Assembly (NCBI GenBank): GCA_016748015.1 | Contig: JAAOMT010000718.1 | Location: 124,001 to 188,000 of the forward strand | Reading direction: 5' to 3' | DNA from: Geosiphon pyriformis uo1 | Lineage: Eukaryota > Fungi > Glomeromycota | Length of the DNA: 64,000 bases | Shown here: positions 10,382 through 23,081 of the stretch, one piece after another | Layout: every line of letters starts with the position of its first letter | Numbering within the stretch: position 1 is the first letter of the stretch | Notes under the pieces: generated by a model | The model's database searches: none | What the model was told of the DNA's origin: nothing | The model's input: the letters and a program-made list of their open reading frames with translations, nothing else | Position numbers and translations under genes: made by a program

Positions 10382-11246
10382 TGTTACAGGTGATTATTTC
10401 TGCTGTCAAATTAAATAACAAATCTGTAACTTGGTGCTCAAAGCTAATTGCAGTTGATATTGATCTGAAGGTTTAGTATTTGAAGGTTTTGGTTGAGTCT
10501 TTTGTATAATAGACAGAGATTCAATGGTGTCGATAGTAAATGTATCTTTCCAAGAGTTTTCCCAATTTTTTTCTCAGCGTGGTGGCCAGATTTAGTCTGG
10601 CAGTTATGCCCTTCTGGTAAGCTATCCGATAATATATATAAAATCTTACCCTTATTTCTGGGTCTTTTACTAGGCTATCCTTGACGTCAATAACTCAGTG
10701 CTTAATCTTTTAATCAATTAGTATACAACAAAAAATCAAAGAACAAAAGAAAATAAAATAAAGAAAAAATAAAAGAAAAAAAAGTAAAGAAAATAAGCCA
10801 AGGCAATTTGGTCCATTAGTATCTCGTCAATAGCCATGATCAAGAGCTATTGTTCCAGCATAGTTAAGTATTAATTACTATCAACATGAAGTGTTGATAG
10901 TGGAGAGTGAATTGAGGTATAGAATGATTATTTATTTGATGATTAGTTTCTTGGCTAAGGATTCTGTGGTATCAATTCTGTCTTTTCTGTTTCTAATACT
11001 ACTGCTATATATACATAATTGAGATTCCTCAATTTCTCGATTCTTCACGACAGGAATCCTGGAATTCCTGAAATCCTGCGATTCTGTTGAGAAGAATCCT
11101 GGAATTCTGGAATCTTGCAATCCCTCATTGGAAATCCTGAAATTTCTGGAATCCTGCAATTCCTGAAAGGAATCCTGGAATTCCACATTTACTATGTCTA
11201 CTTCTAATTGGCTAATAATTATGCTAAGATATTTCTATGAATAACA
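10382..11246 (-). repeat. 5' LTR of Gypsy A (865 bp)
   Basis: Direct repeat of 1136-2000; adjacent to the PBS. Confidence 0.96.
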
Positions 11247-13237
11247 TCAGGATGCCACACACTCGAGGTTGCCACCCAGTCCACACATCCCACCAGCTCC
11301 TTTGGGATCACATCACAGCCAGGACCAACCTTCCAATGGGCATAACAAACAGATCTAAACAAGTCCTTCACAAAATGGCAAGCATTATTAGACAAAACTA
11401 TGCTATCAGCCACTAAAAACCATTTCCGCACCCCCACAGACAAAAAAAACTGAGAACGAGTAGCAGCACCAGCAGCAAAGTCAGCCTTTACATTGCCATA
11501 AACCCCAGAATGCCCCTTAACCATCACCCAACTTACACTGAGATTCCTTTTACTGATTAAATTAAAAATATAACACTTCTCCACTCAGCATGGAACACAA
11601 AAATCAGGTACAGTAGAAGACACTTCAAACACACAGGCATTGATGGCAGCTTGGCTGTCAAGATACAATACTACTGTACAAAAAGATAGAACACACTCCA
11701 AAGCCAACACAACAGCCTGCAATTCGGTCAAAGTAGATGATAACAACCCAGAAATCTTAACACTAATACTAAGATTTACAGCAGAAAAGTAAGCAGCTGC
11801 ACCACCACCAACATCACCAGACTCAGCATTTATTAGTGAACTATTTGTAAAAACTTCAAACGAATTGGACCACAACTCATACAGACAACTCTGTATCTCC
11901 GAAAATTCCTCAGAGCCAAGAACGTCTAAACCAGAAAACCCAACAGGCCAAGAAGAGCCAGAAAACAGAGCACCCCCACCAACCAAAAACTTAACAACAC
12001 AATCAAACCAATAAGGAGTTGGCCCCCTCAGATCAAGCCTTTTCCACTGGTAGAACGTTTTCCAATTCATTATACCACCTTTTTTATCAAGCAGCCTATC
12101 AGCAAAAGCAATCCCAAAGCATTTCAAGGAGCAAACTAAATCAAAATAATGAGAACCACCCAAAACAGATGACATAAGAAAAGCACCAAGACAACAAAAA
12201 GCACTGGGCAGATTATTTGCCAAAGAAAGTTCATTATGCAAAAATATCTCAATCACACCAGCCAAAAAATTGTTAACAAGACTGATACACAACTTAACAG
12301 AAAACTGCAAAGGATTCAAAGGAGCCCAACCCACAATCTGCAAATCCAAGAATCTGTGATTGAACAAGTGTCCCAAAATGCCTTTGGCATTAGAAAAGAA
12401 GACCACAGCAGCCAGTTTGCTCTCAGACTGTAATTGTTCAAAAAATTTCAAGCCATATAATAAAGAATGATGCAAAGCTGCATCAGGAAAGTCACAAAGA
12501 AGACAAGCCTTAATTTTGAGGCTCTTCTTAATCATGACATCCTATTTGCAACACATATTTAGAGACACAAAGCTGAACTGAGTATAATAATTTACAATAG
12601 ACTGCAAAACAGCTAACACTAAATAAGAAAATTGCTTATTCATGATGGTTTTTTTGAGCACAATGTTGACAAAAAACCGAACATCAGAGTGCACCTTAGC
12701 TACACTAGGCTTAGACAGCCCATCCATAGACAAAAATATCTCCAGATAATGATAAGTTTTATCTTTCTTGGCTATAGATATAGGCCGACCACTAATACTT
12801 AAAGAAGCCACTTGAACACCCTGATTAATTGAAATAGCCATAGTCTTCTCATTGTTAATAGAAATATCATTGATTGAAAAGAACTCACTAGCAATATTTA
12901 GAGCATATTGCATGGAAGTCTGGCAATCTCCAATCCAAATTGTATCATTCACAAAAGCACTAGCTGCAAAAAATGAGACCATACCACCACAATTTTTGAC
13001 CCTGTCTGTCTTAGCCATGAAATTAGTATTAATCTGGTATCCACACAAATGTTCATGTCTCTTAACCTCACATAAGAGTGGATCATAAAAGATCCTTCAG
13101 AGAAAAGGGAAAAATACCTCATTCTGATCCAAGCCATCATGCACTCTATAACCATTCGAGAGACCAAAATCTGTTATGATCTTATTGACTCTATTCCCAT
13201 GAATGCCGCCAAAGAACTTGATAAATCTGTTACACAT

Positions 13238-14222
13238 TGTTATCAGAGGTTTTTGGTCTCTTTTCTTAAATGTTGTTAATGTTGATTTGTTGTGAATTCA
13301 CATTTCCAGGAAGTAGTTGGACCTCTAGTAACTGAATTTATCTTCAAATTATCTCCTATAATTTGAACTTGCTGGGTTTATGAGTGGAATGGCCAATTTT
13401 ATGCCAGTTGTTTTATGTAGTTATGTTATAGTAAACATCAACTCTTTCCCAGGAATTGCTCATCTGGAAGCTTACTAAAAATGTGTAGTTATTTTGCTGT
13501 GAAAGTCAACTCTTGTACAGGAATTTCATCTCTAGGCTACCCTAATGATTGTAATAAGAAAAGAAAAAAAAAATAAAAGAAATGTAAAAGAAAATAGAAT
13601 TTTGTCAAGAGAAATGTTTTCTATCCAGGCCTGGAGTCACTAATAGTTTACTGAAATTGGTAGCTAATCAATTTCGAAATGTTAGTTGGGTTTTTGGAGG
13701 TTTTTTTCAAGTACAATAATTAAAGAATTTGGTTTTTCGAATTTATTTGATATTTATTTCTTTTTGTGTGTATAGGAATGGTTCTAAGTAATAAATCTAA
13801 AGTAAGATACATTTTCTCGAAGAGAGATGCTCTTCTTTTATACAACTTGTCATAACACTATTCTATGAACTTGAACTTTGCTATTTTCTACAATTTCGCT
13901 GAACTAAAGATACATTTTGGCAAACTACAAGTTATTTCTGTGAACTATTAGATATTTCAGTGAACTATCAATTATTTCGGCAAATTTCTACAAATTTCAG
14001 CAAACTTTTGAATGTTACCTAGTTTGGGGTATTGCATGATTTGATCATCGCAATTAGGTTACATTTGTGTTGTGTACAAATTGGATTATTAATTAAATAA
14101 TAATTTCAAACATTTTGCTAATGTAATAAGTGATAATTTGAAATGATAATATATGCTAATTAATAATAGGATTTATAAGATAATTTCATGCTAAATAATA
14201 TCTCTAATTTCGTTTAGTAACA
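13238..14222 (-). repeat. 3' LTR of Gypsy B (985 bp)
   Basis: Direct repeat of 22109-23081. No evident similarity to A/C LTRs beyond the termini. Confidence 0.95.
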
Positions 14223-14910
14223 TAACTTCCTTCTCAAGACTGAGCTCTGTTGAAGTCCAAATACTGTCTGTAATTTCCAGATAGTAATCCACAATTATTA
14301 AAAAAATTTGGTCTGAAAATTGTTGAAATTTCAGTTCTGTAAGCTTTCCAATGTATTGAATCTTCAAAAGTCATAAAATTGGGTTTTGTATGACATTTTC
14401 ACAGGTGTGAAATAGGTCATAAAGTCTAAGAGCAGCTCTGAGCTTGTAGCAACTGTTTGTTGGTCCAGCTGTTGTCTTGAATTCGTTGTAGAGTTGTTTC
14501 TGAATAGCTTCTTTTGTGAGGTTTGCTGTTGTAAGTTCCAGTTTCTGTTCATAGAGTGTTTTTCCAATGTGAAAATATCTATAGATTGGAGGATATTCAG
14601 TGTTTTCCTCATTGAGACACAGTTGAAGTCTTTGTTGAATTGTAGCATTTGGTGGAATACTAATCAGAGTGAGCATTAAGTTTTCTTTTAAAGCAAGCTT
14701 TAAAAGTTCTGGCAGGTGAATTCCAGAATAACTTCTTGTGTTCTTCTTATATGGGTGATATTTTTGCAAATTTGGGGCTAAATTTGTAACTACTTCTGTT
14801 TGGATATAATTAATGTGGTTTCCAGTAACAGTAATGGATAATTCAGGTATTGTTTTTAAAGCTAACATTAGTTTTTGGGATAATTGTTGAATGTTTTGAG
14901 AAATAGTCAT
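14223..14910 (-). pseudogene. Gypsy B ORF3 (homolog of A/C ORF3)
   Basis: 179-aa ORF 14371-14910 continues past one TGA (…QYIGKLTELKFQQF…) into the PPT. Shares motifs with A ORF3. Confidence 0.8.
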
Positions 14911-15016
14911 TATAAGAGATTTGAAATAAAAGAAAATTATTTTTGGTGTATGGGTTTTTATGTTATTTTTGTTTTGATTGTTTCTAAATTATAAGAGAAT
15001 AACTAGTAAAATTAAA

Positions 15017-16402
15017 TTAAGTGTTCAGATTGAAAGATTGTTCAATGACAACTATTGGTTCTAAGTTTTGGGGAATATCTTCAGGATTGACTAAAGGGGA
15101 ATGTGTACCAATTTGTGGAATTAATGATTCAGGATTGTTTCTGGAATGATAGTGTTTCAAATGATCTCCATGTGCAACTTTTGTTAGGATTTTGTCATTA
15201 AGTCTTAGCTTGTATGATCTGTTGCCTAGGACTTTATAAATAAAGAATGGTTTATCCCATTTATTTTCAAATTTTCCACTCCATTGTTTTTCAGCTTTAG
15301 TTCTGTATAAGAGAACTTTGTTTCTGATTTTAAATTCATTGGTGACTGAAGGCAATTTGTCATCATGCTGTTCTTTTTGTCAAGCTTGAGAGTGTTCAAT
15401 ATGGGTGGCTACTATTCGTCATTTTCCTTCCAATGTGCTAAGCAGAGTGTAGGCTTTTCACTAAAGTGTTTCTTGGAAATTGTTTTCATCAATTGGTTGT
15501 GCTGGGTATGTTTCTACTGTAAAACTAATTGGTAATGTTGCTGTCCTTCCATAAGTTAAATCAAATGGTGTGTGTTTTGTGGTATTTTGTTTTAGTGTTC
15601 TGTATGTTAACAACACTGATGAAATAAAGATATCTCACTCTTGCTCAAAATCGGTTGAGACTTTGGCTAATGACTTACACAATGTTCTGTTAAAACGTTC
15701 CACAAGTCTATTTGTTTGTGGATGGTAGGATGAAAACAGAGGTCTTTTAATATTAAATCATTCGCAAATTTCTTGTATTAGGTTGTTTACAAAGTGTGTT
15801 CCCTGATCAGATAAAAGTTCAATTGGACATCCATGTCTACAAATGATGTCTTCATAGATGAAATTTGCTACTGATTTTGCATCTGCTCATTGAATGGCTC
15901 TGGCTTTGGGCCATTTAGTAAGATAGTCTACAGCTACTGCAATATAATGGTTTCCTTGAGTGGTGATAGATAGTGGTCCAACTAAATTGATACCAATTCA
16001 GTCAAAGGGTTGTCCAACTTTGATTGGATTTAATGGTTCAGTAGGGCATGTTCCTCCTCTTCTTTGACAATTATTATAAGATTCGACATATTTGTGAATG
16101 TCTTTTCTTATTCGAGGCCAAAAGTAGTATTCTAGTGTTCTTTGGGTGGTGCCATTTTTTCCGAAGTGTGCTGATGAAGAATCTGAGTGCATGTTGTATA
16201 ATATGGTTTCTTTTTCCTGTTCTTGTATTAATCTGAGTGATTTGTTTGGGTTTTTGAAATTTCGATAATAAATAATGTTGTTGTGTAGAAAATATTGTTT
16301 GGCTTGTTGTTGTAGTTGATGTTTTTCATCTGGAGACCAATCTGTTGGGATTGTTAATGTTTCCAAATATTGCTTGAGATTGTTGTAGTTTTTTGAATTC
16401 AT
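15017..16402 (-). pseudogene. Gypsy B integrase (separate ORF starting MNSKNY)
   Basis: MHSDSSSAHFG zinc finger; LSDQGTHF; YHPQTNRLVERFN; C-terminal KPFFIYKVLGNRSYKL. Confidence 0.92.
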
Positions 16403-16454
16403 TGTTTGTTGGCTCTTTTGGTTGGTTAAGTTGAGTATTGGTTTTTTGTGTTTT

Positions 16455-19400
16455 CTAATCTTGTCTTATTTTGAAGAGACAGTTAACATTGGTGTGGAGT
16501 TTTCCTGGTTTGTGATGTACTATGTATCAATAGTTTGCTAGAAATCTTGTCCATCGGATTTGTTTTGCATTCAGCTGAGTATTTTTGTTCTGAAGCCATT
16601 TGAATCCAATATTATCAGTGATAATATCGAATTTTTTAGGCCTGAGATAAAAATTGAAGTGGTGTAGAGCCCAAATTACGGCTGCTGTTTCTAGTTCTAT
16701 GGCAGAATAAATTTTCTCAGCTGGTTTTAATGTTCTGTTGGCATAGGCAATTACTCGCTTATTTCTATTGTCATTTAATTATGATATGATAGCACCAAAG
16801 GCAGTATAAGAGGCATCTGTTGCTAATCAGAATTGGTTGCTGAAATCTGGATAGGCAAGGATTGGAGCTGTTGTCAGTTTTTCCTTGAGAATTTCAAAAG
16901 CTTTTTGGTGTTCGGTAGTCCATTTGTATTCAATGTTTTTGGTGGTGAGCTGGTTGAGGGGTTTTGCAATTTTCGAGAATTCTTTGATAAACTTCTGATA
17001 GTAAGATGCTAATCCTATGAATCCTCTTAGTTCTGTAGTGTTTCAAGAAGTTTTGAAGTTTTTGACAACACTGATTTTTCCAGAGTCCGGTTTGATTCCA
17101 TCTTTACTAATGATATGCCCAAGGAAGGCCAAGCTTGTTTTTCCAAAGTAGCATTTTTCGATGTTGAATTTTAGTCCTGCTTTTTATAATCATTGAAAAA
17201 CTTCTCACAGATGTTTTAAGTGTAATTCAAATGATGGAGAATAAACATCAGTATCATCAAGATAAATGACTATTGACTTCCAAAGAAGTCCTTGGTACAT
17301 TAATCTCTGAAACATTGCTGGTGCATTGCATAATCCAAAAGGCATTACATTGAACTCGTAATTTCTGTCTTGGATGGTGAATGTTGTTTTGGGGTGATCT
17401 TTGGGATTCATAGCAACTTGCCAGTAACCACTTTCTAAATCTAGTGTTGAAAAGTATTTGGATTTTCCAAGGGCATTTAACATGTTATCAATCCAAGGAA
17501 AGAAGTAGGCATCTCCAATTGTAACACTGTTGAGTTGTCGATAGTCAACACAAAATTAGATCTTTCCATATTTTTTTTAACTAGCACTACAGGTGAAGCC
17601 CAAGGACTCATGAAGAATTGGATGAGCCTATTGTTAAGCATTCGTTGTACTTCTTTTCGAATGAATTGGTGGCTTTCTGAAGCAACTCGATATGCTTGTT
17701 GTCTTTTTGGTTTGGCATCTTCTGTATAAATTTGGTGTTGGACCAAATCGGTTCTTTCTAAGTCATTGTTGTTTTCAGCAAAGATATTAGCAAATTCTGC
17801 AATTAGCTCTTTGAGCTGGGTTTGTTGTTGTGGTTCAAGTTGTCCCATGTTAATTCGAGATAGTTTTTCCATAACAACATAGTAGTTTTCGGAGCTGGGA
17901 TTTGGGTTGATTTTTGGTAGTGAATGTCCAATAATTTCAGAGAAATTGGGAACTGTTTGGGGTAATTCTTGTTGAAATATATTACTGTGAATAACTCCAA
18001 TTTTTAAATTATTTAATAAAATTATGGGGTAATTATTGGGATTATAAAAAGTAACTCGGACTTTCTTTGTTCTTTCTGGAATATAAATGTTTGGGATTGA
18101 AATATTATGTTCCAAGCAGACTTGTTCATTGGACTCAAAAATTTGTTGTGTGGTTGTTGGCTTTGGGCAGATGTAGATTTCCAGATGTTTTCCAAAGAGT
18201 GAGATGGTAATTAGTTGTGGAAGTCTGAGAATCTGGTGGAATTTGTTCTGTGTGTTAAGAGCTATATTAACTAGAACTGTGAATCATCCAGTTGAACCAA
18301 AACCTTGGGTTTTTCTATCACTTTTTCCTAATTGTTCTCTTTGATTGACTAGTTGCAAACCTGAAATGTTGATTAGGAGTAGTTAAATAGCTTGGGCAAT
18401 TTTTTTAGCATATTTGATCTTGAATGGTCTGTCAGTTTTATTTTGAAGCATCACTGTAATGTCTCCAGTATATCCAGCATCGATTATTCCTCCTCTGACA
18501 TTGATTCCTTTGCTTGCCAGAGAGAACCGGGAGGTGATTTGAACCATTGCTCCTGGTGGGATTTCGAGTGCAATTTTGAGGTTGATTTTTGTGAAAGATT
18601 TGGGTTTGAGAACAAGAGTATCTTTGCCTGGATATTTTAGGTCATATCCAGCATCAATTTCGTGTGCTTTTTTGGGTTTTATTCCTTGTCCATTGTTGTT
18701 GAAGTATTTAAGTTGTAAGGCAGGCTGATTTTTGATAAGGTAGATAGGTGTTGTTTCAATTTTTTTTGTTGCTTTAGGTTCTCCAAATTCAATTTCGTTC
18801 TCATTATTTTCACTGGGCAAAAGGATACTAAGAGCGTAGCATTCAGAACACCACTGTTCATCACAAAGCATAATGCATTCTTCACATAGCCTAATGTTCA
18901 TTTGCTCTAATCATTGAATTTGAGCTTCTTGGATTGAGTAGGTGTGACTTGCAATTTGGTGGTAGACTTCTACTTCGTCTTCATAATCGAATCTAGCTAA
19001 TTCCATGGTGTATTCAATGTATTCTGTTTCCTTCATTTGACGAACATCTTCTTTGGTAGCTCTATTAATTAATGCCATTGCTAGGTTGAAAATCATCTCG
19101 GCATCATGGGGGTAGTAATAAAGTTTGTTGAGAGCACTGTTGTATGCCGCATTAAAGGGTGTTCCTCTTTTTACTTTTTTTGAAATTGATAAAGCATATT
19201 GGCAGGTCTGATCGCAGACTCCTTTTCTCATGGTTATATCAATCCAATTGCATTTTTCCAGTAGCATATCTCCACAAGTCAAACAAGAGGTGTTGTCCCA
19301 TTTTCCGCTCCTTTTTATTAGATGGCCCCATCGTTTTCTGTGGTAAGCTTTGCAGTAATAACAAGTATGATTTTCATATTCTTCTTCAGGTGAAATGCAG

Positions 19401-22107
19401 GCTCCCATTGATGATAGTTTCTTGTGACAGTCCTTACATTTAAGGGGAATATAGGGGCGTTGTTTCCTTGGTTCGGGTTTTGAGTAAGGAATATTCTATC
19501 CAGAGGTTTTGGGTTCAGAGTGTGGGGTAAAATGTTCTTGTTCTGTTTCATCGGCCCAGTTGGACATTGATCCAAGAGCCATGAATGTTTCAATGAGGGG
19601 TTTTTTCTCTTCTGGTTTGAATTCAAAAGCTGGGGTTTTTTCAGAGCATTTGTTAAATATACCACAAGTGGCAGGTACCTGGGCGTGTTGTTCTTAGTAG
19701 AAGATTGTTAACTTTTGTGTTTCCCAATTCAGATTAGCATTGGCTTTTTGAAGCCAATTATTTCTGATGAGAGCTTGGTACTGGGGTGCGTCCATTACAA
19801 GAACTTTGACTGGAATGGTGATTCCATCAAGAGTGAACAGAAAATTGTCAATTTCTCCTACTGGGGTCTTTTTTATGCCATCGGCAGTGACAATTACTGT
19901 TTGAGCTGGTCGGTCGACATTTTTCTTCAACTGTTGCATTAACTGGTAGGTGATAATGCTTCCAGCAGATCTACTGTCTAAGATCAAGCGAATTGTCTTT
20001 CCTTCAACTTCTGCTTCAGTGTACATAGCCGTGATTGCTTTTTGTTCATTGGCGGCTGCATTGCTAAGCAGGAATGATGACTCATTTGCTTCAAACTCAA
20101 AAAGAAATATATCTGAAAGGTTAGCGTTTTCAGCAATTCTGGCTGGTGGAATTGTAGTGGGAGTATAGGAAGGGTTTTGTTGTTGTGCTGCAGCTCTACC
20201 TTCTGAGGGTGCAGTATGATAAAAATTTTGTTCTTCTGGCATTGTTAAATAACTGGGTTGAGTGTGGTAGTGGTTGGGTCTTAGTTGATTGAAATTTCGG
20301 GGAACCAATTGGTTTTTTGAACTGATTTTATTGTTGTTTACTTGGTATCGGTTTTGTGGTGTGAATTGATTTTGTGTGATCAGTCTTCGAGCAAGTACTT
20401 GATAATATTGTGTAGGTGGTTGTTGGTATTGCTATTGGATTGGCTGTGGGGCAAGCTGATAATAGTTATTTTGGTATTGGGGTCTTGGTGGATAGTAAGC
20501 TGGTGGTGGTGGTTGATAATAAGATTGCTGTAGTAAAAAGTAACGTTGATTACTCCTATTTTGTTGGTCTTATTGTAGCTTTCTGCAATCTTTTTTCCAG
20601 TGGCCAGAGATTCCACAGTAATGGCAATTCTGAGGCTGGTTATTGGAAAGTGGTGCAAAGTTATTTTGATTTCGTCTTTGGGGTGGTTGATATTTTTGGG
20701 GTTGCTGTTGTTGTTGATTGGTGAAATAGTTTTCAACCTTCTTTGTGAGTTGGTCAATTTTTTTCTCAGCTGCTGAGCTGGTTTTTTCAATTGCCAAATT
20801 TACAAGTTTTGTACAATTGGTCTCTTTCATGGCCATTTTGTATCTTTTTGCATACTGTATGGCAGAGTTTAAATCTTCTGGCACATGTGGGTGAACCTTT
20901 TTAATTAGTTTATCTTTTAGACCAGCAATAAATTGATTCAAGATTTGAGCATCAGAATAATAATCATTTGTTTTGAGTTGGCAAATTCATCTGAGAAGTT
21001 TGTTGAATTTCCCAATATAAGTCATAACAGATTCGGAGGGTTCTTGTTTGATATTTTGAAAACGATTGCAAAGGGTGATGGAGGTATTATTGTTGATGAA
21101 CTGTTCAAGGAAGGCTGCTTTGAAAGCGTTCCAATCATTGAATGGGTGGCCAAGTTTTCAAACCATTCTCCTGCTGTTCCTTTGAGAAAGTAGGGAATTG
21201 TTCTTAACATTCTGGCAGCATTCCATCCATTTGCATCTCCAGCTTTAGTAACTTGGTCGAGCCATTCTTGGGGACTGGTCTCAATGTTTTCTCTATTAAA
21301 TTCAGGGATTTTTGTAATGTATGTTGTCATTTCGTCTTCTTTGTTTTCACTGTCTATTGATTCTTCTTCAGATATTTCAGGTTCGTTTTCTTTGTTCGCT
21401 GCTGTCTCAGAGTGTTCACTTTGATTTTTAGCTAGAAAGTCAAGAAGATTGAAACTAGTTTGAAGAGGTTTTTGTTGTCTGATGAGACTTCTGAGTGATG
21501 TAAAATCTTCTGGTCTTGCAAATCGATTCAAGGGTGAATTAGGCATTTGTGCTTGTGCAAGTAAAGCTGGAAAAGGTGTGATAGTAAGTGGAAGTTTTGA
21601 ACTGGTTCCTTGTTCAGGTGTTTGTAAATGGTTGGCAGTTGTTTTTGGTAGTGTTGGAGTATTTGGGGTGGTTTTTGAGTATTGCTTCAATTTGTTTTTG
21701 CCTTTGTTGCTTGTTTTTGTTTCCAATTCAAAATCAATAAAGTATTGAGACTGCACTAGGTATGTTTCTTTATAGTATTTGATAATGTTAAAATTAAGTT
21801 CGTGAAAGTAAGTGGCAAGTGTTTTGCTGTTAAGGTCTTCAGTTTCCAACTGTAAATAGTGTGCTAAATTATTGTAAAGGTTGCTTCTAACTTCTGAGAT
21901 CTTGTAATTTCCAAAAAGATAATTGTTGATGCAGTTTTCAATGTATTGGTATACTGATTTCTTGACAACTTCAATTCCATCTGGGATGTTGAATCTTTGC
22001 TTGCAGTGGGTGTAAATTGATTGGTAATACTCTAGAGTTGTTGCATCTGGTGTGGTCGCCACTTTGAATTTTGTTGTTGCTGTGTTATTTTCGTGGGAGA
22101 GCACCAA
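16455..22107 (-). pseudogene. Gypsy B gag-PR-Cys-rich-dUTPase-RT-RNase H polyprotein
   Basis: ORF pieces 21022-22107, 20570-20941, 19694-20308 (LILDSRSAGS), 18911-19408, 18383-18901 (DAGYDL, GIIDAGYTG, KIAQAI), 17477-18115 and 17205-17483. Ends IRQD-TAG at 16455. Confidence 0.92.
22090..22106 (-). other. Primer-binding site of Gypsy B
   Basis: TGGTGCTCTCCCACGAA starts 2 nt after the 5' LTR and shares TGGTGCTC with A/C. Confidence 0.75.
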
Positions 22108-22108
22108 A

Positions 22109-23081
22109 TGTTACTGGAGATTTTTGGTCTCTTTTCTTAAATGTTGTTAATGTTAATTTGTTGTGAATTCACGTTTCCAGGAAGTAGTTGGACCTCCAGT
22201 AACTGAATTTATCTTCAAATTATCTCTTATAATTTGAATTTGCTGGGCTTATGAATAGAATGGCCAATTCTGTGCCAGTTGTTTTATATAGTTACATTGT
22301 AGTAAATGTCAACTCTTTCCCAGGAATTGCTTGTCTGGAAGCTCACTAAAAATGTGTAGTTACTTTGCTGTGAAAGTCAACTCTTCTACAGGAATCTCGT
22401 CTGTAGGCTACCCTAATGATTGTAATAAGAAAATAAAAGAAATGTAAAAGAAAATAGAATTTTGTCAAAAGAAACGTTTTTTATCCAGGCCTGAAGTCAC
22501 TAACAGTTTACTGAAATTGGTAGCTAATCAATTTTGAAATGTTAGTTGGGTTTTTGGAGGTTTTTTTCAAGTACAATAATTAAAGAATTTGGTTTTTCGA
22601 ATTTATTTGATATTTATTTCTTTTTGTGTGTATAGGAATGGTTCTAAGTGATAAATCTAAAGTAAAATACATTTTCTCGAAGAAAGATGCTCTTTTTTTA
22701 TACAACTTGTTATAACACTATTCTATGAACTTGAACTTTGCTATTTTCTACAATTTCGCTGAACTAAAGATACATTTCGGTAAACTACAAGTTATTTCTG
22801 CAAATTATTAGATATTTGGTGAACTATCAATTATTTCGGCGAATTTCTACAAATTTCGGCAAACTTTTGAATGTTACCTAGTTTGGGGTATTGCATGATT
22901 TGATCATCGCAATTAGGTTACATTTGTGTTGTGTACAAATTGGATTATTAATTAAATGATAATTTCGGACATTTTGCTAATGTAATAAGTGATAATTTGA
23001 AATGATAATATATGCTAATTAATGATAGGATTTATAAGATAATTTCATGCTAAATAATATCTCTAATTTTGTCTGGTAACA
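22109..23081 (-). repeat. 5' LTR of Gypsy B (973 bp)
   Basis: Direct repeat of 13238-14222. Confidence 0.95.

Larger units (their letters stand above)
1136..11246 (-). mobile_element. Ty3/Gypsy LTR retrotransposon A (full length, decayed, dUTPase-bearing)
   Basis: Two 865-bp LTRs with TGTTA...TAACA ends, PBS and PPT. Domain order gag-PR-dUTPase-RT-RH-IN. Flanks TTGG/TCAG are consistent with a mutated TCGG TSD. Confidence 0.96.
13238..23081 (-). mobile_element. Ty3/Gypsy LTR retrotransposon B (second family, full length, decayed, dUTPase-bearing)
   Basis: LTRs 13238-14222 and 22109-23081 (TGTTA...TAACA). Perfect TSD ACAT (13234-13237 / 23082-23085). PBS TGGTGCTCTC; PPT GAGAAGGAAG. Domains gag (CHYCGISGHWKKDC)-PR-dUTPase-RT (YLDD)-RH-IN. 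Confidence 0.96.

Noticed and set aside
10382-10706. A ~108-codon frame inside the 5' LTR continuous with gag
   Set aside because: A and C differ by 1-nt and 2-nt indels within it, and B has many stops, so conserved coding is not supported.
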